A DNA stretch of 12,194 bases. Source: Promethearchaeota archaeon. GTDB lineage: Archaea; Asgardarchaeota; Lokiarchaeia; Sigyniarchaeales; SOKP01. Every line of letters starts with the position of its first letter. Position 1 is the stretch's first letter. The stretch is from positions 1 through 12,194 of the forward strand of contig JBHLNS010000073.1 in the NCBI GenBank assembly GCA_048941285.1, read 5' to 3'. Shown here one piece after another: positions 1 to 7,465 of the stretch. A model generated the notes under the pieces. The model worked only from the letters and a program-made list of their open reading frames with translations, searched no databases and had not been told where the DNA came from. Both the position numbers and the translations under genes were made by a program.

Positions 1-1
1 A

Positions 2-571
2 ACAGATCCATATATACCTTTAGAAAAGAAATATCAGAACACTCGAAAAATACTGGAAAAACTAATTGGAACTGAAGCAGAGATCTCGATCTTAACTAAA
101 TCAAAATTAGTTTTAAGAGATCTAGATTTATTTAAGAGATTTAAAAATATCAATATTGGTATTTCAATTAGTACATTAGATGAGGAACTCGCTAGAGTTA
201 TTGAAAGAGCCGCCTCAAAGCCATTAGAACGATTAGAAGCGATTAAACAAATATCTAAAGCAGGAATTGAAACTTATACTTTTATTTCTCCATTTTTTCC
301 AGAAATAACTAACTATAGAGCCATTATTGAAGAGAGTAAAGATTATACCGACCGTTTCCTTTTTGAAAACTTAAATTTCCGACCTCACAATATCCCTAAA
401 ATAATGAAAATAATTAAAGAGTATTATCCCAAGTTAGTTAAAAAATATAAAGAAATCCAGAAAGATATTACTTATTGGGATTTACTTGAACAGGAAATTA
501 AGAATTATTGTCAACAAAAAAATCTTAACTATGAAATTGCATTTCACCATGGAGGCTTTTCAAAAAGTTAA
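2..571 (+). CDS. Radical SAM protein, spore photoproduct lyase-like family (COG1533-type); 5'-truncated by the window edge
   Basis: Not in the ORF track. Frame +2 is open from the window start to TAA at 569-571 and reads TDPYIPLEKKYQNTRKILEKL...ISILTKSKLVLRDLDLF...IGISISTLDEELARVIERAASKPLERLEAIKQISKAGIETYTFISPFFPEITN...HHGGFSKS. The TDPY, TKS..V.RD.D, E..A....RL and P..P..T motifs are typical of SPL-like radical SAM proteins. The CxxxCxxC motif would lie upstream of the window. Confidence 0.88.
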   Translation, partial: TDPYIPLEKKYQNTRKILEKLIGTEAEISILTKSKLVLRDLDLFKRFKNINIGISISTLDEELARVIERAASKPLERLEAIKQISKAGIETYTFISPFFPEITNYRAIIEESKDYTDRFLFENLNFRPHNIPKIMKIIKEYYPKLVKKYKEIQKDITYWDLLEQEIKNYCQQKNLNYEIAFHHGGFSKS

Positions 572-616
572 AAGCCAATTTAAAATAACTATTAATTAAA
601 AGAAATTTAAAAGCAG

Positions 617-1294
617 ATGCCAAGCAGTGTATTTTCCCATCAAGCCCCCGGGTTGCTATTAAAAATTAAATATCCTAGAATATTTGATGGAACAGCTATA
701 TGTCTAGGGGCTCTTATCCCTGATTTTAACTTTATATCTGATTTATTTTTAGATACTAATTTTTACGTGTTTACGCATAGTTTAATAGGTCAGTTCTTAT
801 GGACAATTCCAATCACTATTATCGCGACTATTATATTTTCTCGATATATTGGACCTTTATGTGCACGAATAGCTTCCAAAAATAGTAGATTTTATGCTCC
901 CCTAAGGTATTATGGTGTCGATCAATGGAATTATTTAAAAAAGAAGCAATATTCAAGAAGATCTTATTTAATAATTTCTTATTCTGCATTTATTGGTGGA
1001 ATAACACATATTTTATTAGATTTCCCTGCACACAAATATATCACAATTTTATTCCCATGGTTTGTAGGCCTAAATTTCGAAGTTTTTCAATACTCCTTTT
1101 TAGATCACGGTATAATAACGGTTGGACCTTTCACATTTGAAGCTAATCTAACTCTTTATAATCTTATATGGTTTATTGAAACCGTGGTTACTTTTGTTTT
1201 ATCTCTTTATCTTCTCAGATATATTAAGAAACGTAATTTAATTAGTAAATGGTATAATGAAAGCATCCCGGAGAATAGTGGACATGTCATCTAA
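617..1294 (+). CDS. DUF4184-like / YdjM-type putative metal-dependent membrane hydrolase
   Basis: 225 aa with several hydrophobic segments and the conserved-looking pattern MP..FSH, GALIPD, THS, THILLD..H. Confidence 0.72.
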   Translation: MPSSVFSHQAPGLLLKIKYPRIFDGTAICLGALIPDFNFISDLFLDTNFYVFTHSLIGQFLWTIPITIIATIIFSRYIGPLCARIASKNSRFYAPLRYYGVDQWNYLKKKQYSRRSYLIISYSAFIGGITHILLDFPAHKYITILFPWFVGLNFEVFQYSFLDHGIITVGPFTFEANLTLYNLIWFIETVVTFVLSLYLLRYIKKRNLISKWYNESIPENSGHVI

Positions 1295-2279
1295 TGGTAA
1301 GAGAAAATACGAAATTATTGCTTATATACTATTAATCTTGACAATGGTAATATGGGGTGGTACATGGCCAATTGGGAAATGGATAGTAGATCCATCGTAT
1401 GGCCCAATAATTCCTCCATTTATGATAGCCGCAATCCGATACTTTTTAGCAATAGCTTGCTTTTTTATAATTCTTAGATTTAAAGAAGGAACAATAAACT
1501 GGCAATTTGCTAAAGAAAACTGGAAAATATTAACATTAATGGGAGTGTTATCAGTCACCATCTATCAAACCGGTTATCTTATAGGTGAAATTTTTACTGA
1601 GGCGAGTGATGCGAGTATCATGGTTGCAACGAATGCTATATGGGTGGTTATTCTTTCCAGTATATTCTTAAAAACGGAATTTTTTAGCTGGGAAAAAATA
1701 GTTGGAACAATTCTGGCATTTATAGCAGTTATAATTGTTGTTGGATTTTCTCCTAATGTAGATATTTCAAATCGAATTCTTGGAGATATTCTGGTTTTAA
1801 TTGCCGCATTTGCTTATGCAACCTATACTGTTACTTCCCGCTATTTCATGGATAAAACTGAGAATAATCCTGAATTAACTAAACCAAGTTCTTTATGGAT
1901 AATTACATGGGTTTCTTTCTTTGGTTTTTTAATAACAACTCCTATAGCGTTCATTGTTAGCCCAAAATTTCTTAATCCTTTAGAATATTTGAACATTCAT
2001 CCCCGCATATGGGTTGGTATTATATATTTGGCTTTTTTATCTACAGTAGGTGCATATACTTTCTATTTAGAGGGTGTTAAAAGATTAAATGCTAGTAGAG
2101 CAGCCATATTTCAAACTTTAGTACCATTATTTGGTGTCATTCTTTCTGCTCTCTTTTTACAAGAACACTTCGATGTTTTTATCTATCCATTTTCCTTATT
2201 ATTAGTTATAGCAGGAATTATTCTTGTAAATCTTAAGATTTCTCAAAATAAAAAGGGGAAACCTAATAAGAATGAGTAA
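1284..2279 (+). CDS. DMT superfamily (EamA-type) transporter
   Basis: About 10 TM segments in two EamA repeats, with motifs IWGGTWPIGK, AAIRY, GDILVLIAAFAYATY and GVKRLNASRAAIFQTLVPLFGVILSALFLQE. ATG 1284 (MSSNG), which overlaps the upstream stop by 11 nt, is preferred over ATG 1257. Confidence 0.92.
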   Translation: MSSNGKRKYEIIAYILLILTMVIWGGTWPIGKWIVDPSYGPIIPPFMIAAIRYFLAIACFFIILRFKEGTINWQFAKENWKILTLMGVLSVTIYQTGYLIGEIFTEASDASIMVATNAIWVVILSSIFLKTEFFSWEKIVGTILAFIAVIIVVGFSPNVDISNRILGDILVLIAAFAYATYTVTSRYFMDKTENNPELTKPSSLWIITWVSFFGFLITTPIAFIVSPKFLNPLEYLNIHPRIWVGIIYLAFLSTVGAYTFYLEGVKRLNASRAAIFQTLVPLFGVILSALFLQEHFDVFIYPFSLLLVIAGIILVNLKISQNKKGKPNKNE

Positions 2280-2324
2280 AAATATTATAGAAAAAAAAAT
2301 AATTATTATTAATTAATTTTTAAA
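2280..2324. terminator. Probable T-tract terminator region between convergent genes
   Basis: 45-nt almost pure A/T spacer. A9 on + gives T9 on the minus strand after the SBP gene, and T5 on + follows the DMT gene. Archaeal intrinsic terminators are oligo-T tracts. Confidence 0.4.
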
Positions 2325-4709
2325 TTACTTAGTTTTGATTTCTTTTTTTCTCTTCAATGTAAATCCTATTATTCCTACAACTATAAGCGCCAATATTAAA
2401 ATTGGAAAAGGTCCTGGAATACCTTGTGGCTTTTTATAAACTAGAACGGAAGAAGAACCAAAATTTCCAAGGCTATCAATTGCGTAAAAAGTAATGTTAA
2501 CCTCTCCGTATGGTAAAGCATTCCATTCAGCAGTATTAATAGGCCCCGTGTTAGCTGTAACTGGTATAGTAGTTAGTCCATTATCTAAAGTATACCAAAC
2601 TGACACTAAATGAGGTTCTGTAACTGTAATGTCAAAATTTGGTATAGTTCCAATAAATTCCTGATTTGGATTTGGGCTATTTATACTTATAACTGGATCT
2701 GTAGTGTCTTTATAGATTGATACAGCAGCAGCAGGAGATATGAGACCTGCCGAATTATTAGTATAAAACCTAAGAGTATAGGTTCCATCACCTAAACTAT
2801 TCCATATTGTTAGATCAATTTGACCAGAGAGTCCACATAAAGTATTTGTTACACCATTATCAAATGTGTACCAAATAGCAACACTGTCTGAGCTTACTGT
2901 AAGGCTATAAAAAGGAGCTATGTCAGCAAAACCTTGATTTATTGTAGGAAGAATTATACCTACTGTAGGAGGTGTATAAGTGTATTTAGGAATCCATTCA
3001 CATGAATAGAAATCTAATGTTTGAAGTGAATTATAAGGAAAATGTAATAAATTAACATCATGAACGAAAAATAAGCGATTGTGAAAAAGAAAAGCATGAG
3101 GATATAAGTCTGAAGATAATTGTATTTGTATATCATGATAAATGGTATTTCTAGCACTATCATCCGTTGTTTCTATAACATCCGCTAAATACATTTCTAA
3201 TGATGGATCATTGACGGACGCCCAATTATTCACTGAAGTATTCGAAAATAGTGGATTAATCATAGTAAACGCCTCAAAATAATCAGGACCCCAACCAGAA
3301 CTAAAGATATCCAACGTATTTTTAGAGTTTTGAACAATATCCCAGAATTCAAAATAACTAACTAGATCATCCAGAATTGTGATGCCAATATTATCACACC
3401 AATCCACTAAGACAGGATATAACTCTGCCCAAAATCCGGTGCCATAGTATGTGTACTTAAATGTCCCTAGATTCGCAGCTTCCCAAGCAACATCATTCGG
3501 GTTATCATTAGCAGTGAGTCCACTTGTATCAATTAGAGGATCATCGATTAGTATTTGTCTAGCTATCGTTAAATTATAATACGGCGCGATACTAGAACAA
3601 TTGTAGTATGCATGACCAAAACCAGGAGCAATCGGACTATAAGCTCTCACAGCTTGATTATTTCGCATCTCTTGGATAATGTATGAATAATTAATAGCAT
3701 AAGAAATTGACTTTCTCCATGTAACATTGATTTTAGCGTTATTCATACCGATATAATAGTAAACAAGCCCTGAGGTTGGAACTTCTGTAAAAACAATATC
3801 TGGATCTGCTGCAAAAGCAGAATAATACAAATCTGATGGATTAACTAAATAGTCAATAACACCATTTAGCATAGCATTATTTCTTGCATAAAGATCTCCT
3901 ATTATTTGATAGTTCATTTGAGTGATATTTGCTTCTCCTCTCCAATAAGTATCAAATGCATGAAAATTTACTTCAATACCAGAATTATAATTATCATATT
4001 CAAAAGGACCTGTACCAACTAAGTCTCCTGTAGAAAGATCAATATAATCAGTTTGTGAATGTGATGAAGGAGAAATCATTTGAGCGCTAGCCATACATAG
4101 TAAATCTAAGAAGGGACTATAAGGACCGTTAAGGTGAATGGTTATATTATATTCATTAACATAATCAATTTGATTCATGATACTAGTGCCATTATTGAAT
4201 TTCCATAAAGAACTAGGAGCAGCGGGTGTCATAGTGTCTGGGAGTGTGCCAGTGGCATTGGTCAAATAATTGATTCTATCTAAATTCCATTTTGCAGCAT
4301 TAGAATTGAAAGGAGCACCATCATGATATATAATACCTTCTCTAAGTTTAAGCCGTAATGTAGTCTCATCTTCCCACCAATAAGACTCGGCAAGCCAATT
4401 GAGTCTAGGCATGCTAGGATCTGTTAAATTATATTTAAAGAGACCTTCACATACCTGTTCTATGATATTCAAAGAATTCCTATCCCAACAATCGACTGGA
4501 TCTATTGTAGTTGGCCCTGAAGCTACACCGACAGTAAAAGGGTTGAGAATTTTTTCATTAGTATCAGGATAAGTTCCAAGTTCATCAATTTTACAAACGG
4601 AATTATTAGAGTTATTGGAATAATAGTGTAAAAAGCTAAAACTCGTTAGTACTAAAAAGGCTAGAAAAATATAAACTATCTTTTTTGAATTTTTAAACAT
4701 TTTAATCAT
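2325..4709 (-). CDS. ABC-type solute-binding protein family 5 (DppA/OppA-like) fused to two Ig-like repeats and a C-terminal Loki-CTERM-like membrane anchor
   Basis: N-terminal signal/TM segment. SBP5 motifs TIDP, VCEGL, LAESY, LKLREGIIYHDGAPFN, VGTGPF, RKSISYAIN, GWGPDY. Two WYTxDNG...W..L..G...FY repeats and a GIPG-TM-KRKK tail. Many N-x-S/T sequons. The start may be the second Met (4700). Confidence 0.9.
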   Translation of the reverse strand: MIKMFKNSKKIVYIFLAFLVLTSFSFLHYYSNNSNNSVCKIDELGTYPDTNEKILNPFTVGVASGPTTIDPVDCWDRNSLNIIEQVCEGLFKYNLTDPSMPRLNWLAESYWWEDETTLRLKLREGIIYHDGAPFNSNAAKWNLDRINYLTNATGTLPDTMTPAAPSSLWKFNNGTSIMNQIDYVNEYNITIHLNGPYSPFLDLLCMASAQMISPSSHSQTDYIDLSTGDLVGTGPFEYDNYNSGIEVNFHAFDTYWRGEANITQMNYQIIGDLYARNNAMLNGVIDYLVNPSDLYYSAFAADPDIVFTEVPTSGLVYYYIGMNNAKINVTWRKSISYAINYSYIIQEMRNNQAVRAYSPIAPGFGHAYYNCSSIAPYYNLTIARQILIDDPLIDTSGLTANDNPNDVAWEAANLGTFKYTYYGTGFWAELYPVLVDWCDNIGITILDDLVSYFEFWDIVQNSKNTLDIFSSGWGPDYFEAFTMINPLFSNTSVNNWASVNDPSLEMYLADVIETTDDSARNTIYHDIQIQLSSDLYPHAFLFHNRLFFVHDVNLLHFPYNSLQTLDFYSCEWIPKYTYTPPTVGIILPTINQGFADIAPFYSLTVSSDSVAIWYTFDNGVTNTLCGLSGQIDLTIWNSLGDGTYTLRFYTNNSAGLISPAAAVSIYKDTTDPVISINSPNPNQEFIGTIPNFDITVTEPHLVSVWYTLDNGLTTIPVTANTGPINTAEWNALPYGEVNITFYAIDSLGNFGSSSVLVYKKPQGIPGPFPILILALIVVGIIGFTLKRKKEIKTK

Positions 4710-4987
4710 TTTTTTTAAATTATATTTGTAATAAGTTATGGTAATGAAATATAAAAAGCTATGATCGAAAATTGTAATTAAACTTTACAAAAAAGTGGTA
4801 AACCATAAAATTTGGTGGTAAAAAATTACTAATTTCAATAACATAAATTCATTCGGAATACGTAATTTCTGGCTTAAAATAAGAAACGTAAATCGCTTAA
4901 TGCGATTATAATTTATAAGAGAAGCTTTTGAATTAGATTATATTTAGAATATCACTATTAAAACTTCAATATAACATCAACAATATC

Positions 4988-4995
4988 TTTATATA
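4988..4995 (+). promoter_or_regulatory. Putative archaeal TATA box for the J-domain gene (probably leaderless mRNA)
   Basis: TTTATATA ends 28 nt before ATG 5024 and there is no SD motif. The AT-rich background limits certainty. Confidence 0.4.
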
Positions 4996-5023
4996 TTCGA
5001 ATTTTTTAATGAATAATTAGAAA

Positions 5024-5371
5024 ATGAGTAAGATTAAAGATTTTTATGAACTTTTAGGGGTTAATAAAGATTCTTCAGAAGAAGAGATAAAGTCAGCTTA
5101 TAGAAAGTTGGCAAAAAAATATCATCCCGATATTAATAAAAGTGATCCTCTCGCAAAAGAGAAATTTATAGAAATAAAGCAAGCTTATGAGACTTTGATT
5201 GATCCTATGAAGCGTAGAATCTATAATCAAACAAAATATAATCCCCAAAGTTCAGATTGGAGTGATCTATTTAGAATTAATAATTTTAGAACATATGTTG
5301 AAATAATGAGAAGGATTTACAGAAACTCAACTTCTTATTATAAACCCCCCCCTGAGGGAATGTATATTTAA
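5024..5371 (+). CDS. Small J-domain (class C DnaJ-like) protein
   Basis: DFYELLGV...[19 protein letters not shown]...[22 protein letters not shown] is a complete J-domain with HPD. There is no G/F-rich region, Zn finger or substrate-binding domain. It ends in PPPEGMYI. Confidence 0.93.
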   Translation: MSKIKDFYELLGVNKDSSEEEIKSAYRKLAKKYHPDINKSDPLAKEKFIEIKQAYETLIDPMKRRIYNQTKYNPQSSDWSDLFRINNFRTYVEIMRRIYRNSTSYYKPPPEGMYI

Positions 5372-5418
5372 GTTCACTCACTAATGCCTTGAATACCTTA
5401 TTATAATATAACTTAAAT

Positions 5419-5435
5419 AAAAAAAAGATTTTTTT
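5419..5435. terminator. Probable bidirectional oligo-T terminator
   Basis: A8-GA-T7 between the convergent J-domain and 4Fe-4S genes gives a T-tract on each strand. Confidence 0.45.
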
Positions 5436-6596
5436 CTAGTTTGACTTTCCCTCAATATATTTTGACATCAGTTGCATCATATCGTTTACTGGAACTTTAT
5501 TATACTTTTTTACCATTGTTAAAGCTTCTTCAGGGCAATTAAAGGCACATACTCCACATCCAATACATCTGTTAAAATCAATTGAAATTCGCTGTTCTTC
5601 ACTTCCTTCATCAATAGGCTCAATTACTTGCATAGGACAGAGCTCTGTGCATGTCAAGCAAAATATACAATTTGATTTAGTATATTCAGGTAAAAAATTA
5701 GATGTCGCAACTACATTTGGATCATTAAATTGTCGGATACCACGGAGCATTATACAACAATCACGATCACAGTTACAAATAAATGTGGTTTTGCCCGTTA
5801 CATTCTGGGTAGTATGAACTAACCCTGCTTTAGCTGCTGCTGTCAGTGTTTTAAGAGCTTCATTTTTTGTTAATTCTCTGCCAAAACCGTTTTCAATGCA
5901 ATAATCTGCAAAAGTATTAAAACTCATACACACATTTATTGGATAGTCATTAATAGGAACGCCATTGTTATGTATTTTCATATGAGTTCTGCAAGCACAA
6001 TCCATGACTGAAACTCTACGTGAAGTTTCCACTAATTGTTTTACTTGATCGAAAGGCATAATTGTATTTTTTATTTGGTCAACTTCTTGATTAATTTCAA
6101 TTAACGTTCCTTTACCTCTGCTAATTGTATCATTTATAGCTTCATGGTCAACAAACACTCTCATAAATGGATAGGAAGAACTCAAGGTATTTACAATATG
6201 CCCATCATTATAATATTTCTCGTACTCCTCAGCAAATAATTCTAAAACATCCTTTTCTTCTTTTAACGCTCTCTTGTGATTAGAAAAGTAAAGCTCAAAA
6301 AGACCTGGAATTAAAGGAAACATTGAGTAAGTGGTTTCATTGTTTTTAGAAGCAGAAAAAACCCTTTGAGTTCGTGCCATTTCCTTTAACAACGGGTCAA
6401 CCTCAACAATTGGGCGTTTAAGTTTTTTAGCGATTTTTTGCGCTGTGAAACGATCTAGATACGGCCCATTAAAAACTAATAAAATCTGAGCTTCATCATC
6501 TGAATAAAGAGCTTTTAAAATTTTCTCCATTTCATCTGACCATGGAACTCCCATCTTCTTTGCTATTAATTCATAATTGCTAACCATTTTAATCAT
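5436..6596 (-). CDS. 4Fe-4S dicluster (ferredoxin-type) protein with N-terminal HTH-like region and central Cys-rich domain
   Basis: C-terminal CIFCLTCTELCP and CIGCGVCAFNCP (two CxxCxxCxxxCP motifs). Central CACR...C...AAKAGLVH...ICNCDRDCC. N-terminal AQKIAKKLKRPIVEVDPLLKEMA is HTH-like. The start may be the second Met (6587). Confidence 0.88.
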   Translation of the reverse strand: MIKMVSNYELIAKKMGVPWSDEMEKILKALYSDDEAQILLVFNGPYLDRFTAQKIAKKLKRPIVEVDPLLKEMARTQRVFSASKNNETTYSMFPLIPGLFELYFSNHKRALKEEKDVLELFAEEYEKYYNDGHIVNTLSSSYPFMRVFVDHEAINDTISRGKGTLIEINQEVDQIKNTIMPFDQVKQLVETSRRVSVMDCACRTHMKIHNNGVPINDYPINVCMSFNTFADYCIENGFGRELTKNEALKTLTAAAKAGLVHTTQNVTGKTTFICNCDRDCCIMLRGIRQFNDPNVVATSNFLPEYTKSNCIFCLTCTELCPMQVIEPIDEGSEEQRISIDFNRCIGCGVCAFNCPEEALTMVKKYNKVPVNDMMQLMSKYIEGKSN

Positions 6597-6719
6597 GCAA
6601 TAGGTATAATTTATAGTTTAAATAGATTATTTTAACCAAATAACAGATGATTAGGTTCTCATATAATTTAAAAAAAAATCATCAAAAAAAAATTAAAATA
6701 ATAAAATTATACTAATAAT

Positions 6720-6845
6720 ATGGCAGCAACAATTCAAGAAATGGGAAATTGTGAAGTATGCGGAACTGAAATTAATCTCGCTGAAGCATGGAGAGTGGAT
6801 GAGAAATATTATTGCCAAATCTGCTTTGAAAAATTAAATCTCTAA
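6720..6845 (+). CDS. 41-aa Cys4 zinc-finger microprotein (LIM/GATA-like treble-clef spacing)
   Basis: Not in the ORF track. Hand translation: MAATIQEMGNCEVCGTEINLAEAWRVDEKYYCQICFEKLNL*, pattern C-x2-C-x17-C-x2-C. It forms a relatively G-rich island inside an otherwise very A/T-rich intergenic region. Confidence 0.8.
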   Translation: MAATIQEMGNCEVCGTEINLAEAWRVDEKYYCQICFEKLNL

Positions 6846-7008
6846 CTTTAACCTATTCAGTCAAAGAGAAATACCATCAAAATATTAAAGCAAAATCTTA
6901 AAGTGAAGATCATCTTATTTTTAACAAAAAGATAAACATTTTTAGATTTCATGATTATGTTTAAATTATATATAATAATTATAATTCAATTCTATTTAAA
7001 TTGACATT

Positions 7009-7278
7009 ATGTCTGATTCCTCAAAACTGGATAAAGCGAATAAGATACGAGTGGAATATAATAGAAAGTTGAAAGATTTAGAAGCTAAATTAGCAATAAA
7101 GCATAAAGAACTTAAACAAATTGATAGATTCATTTTGCATGATAAAACAAAAATAGATCATTCAGGGCTCTCTAATTTAAAAGCAAAAAAAGCAGAGTTA
7201 AATGCAAATATAACTCTTTTAAAAAAGGAGATTAACAGAATCAATAAAGAAAAAATCAAGAAACTTAGAAAATTGTGA
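7009..7278 (+). CDS. Hypothetical basic coiled-coil (helical hairpin) protein
   Basis: 89 aa, Lys/Leu-rich heptads, no overlap with other genes, followed by a T-rich tract (about 7280-7293). Confidence 0.7.
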   Translation: MSDSSKLDKANKIRVEYNRKLKDLEAKLAIKHKELKQIDRFILHDKTKIDHSGLSNLKAKKAELNANITLLKKEINRINKEKIKKLRKL

Positions 7279-7465
7279 ATTGTTTTTTCTTTTCAATAGG
7301 AATAACGATTGAATAATTTTCTTTTATTAGGTTAAAAATCATATCAGTTTTAACATCAATAACCCATGATAGAGGTTTCTCTAAATTCATTTTTATTCGA
7401 TAAATTTAAAACTTATTAAAAATGAGAATGTTTAATAGAATCAGTACTATACAAATGTTAAAAAT

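Noticed and set aside
925-1140. 71-aa + strand ORF
   Set aside because: Alternative frame wholly inside the DUF4184-like gene, with no recognisable motif.
1257-1283. Upstream ATG for the DMT gene
   Set aside because: It would need a 38-nt overlap with the previous gene. ATG 1284 gives a short, typical overlap and keeps the first TM helix.
1322-1561. 79-aa minus-strand ORF
   Set aside because: Antisense shadow of the DMT transporter.
5024-5371. Calling this gene canonical dnaJ
   Set aside because: It lacks the G/F region, CxxCxGxG repeats and C-terminal domains, and no dnaK or grpE is adjacent.
6906-6980. Short palindromes AAGATCATCTT and ATTATATATAAT
   Set aside because: Short and AT-rich, so expected by chance at this base composition.
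7009-7278. ESCRT-III/Snf7 or SMC-like call for the basic helical hairpin
   Set aside because: Only generic coiled-coil character. It is too short and has no acidic C-terminal half or MIM motif.
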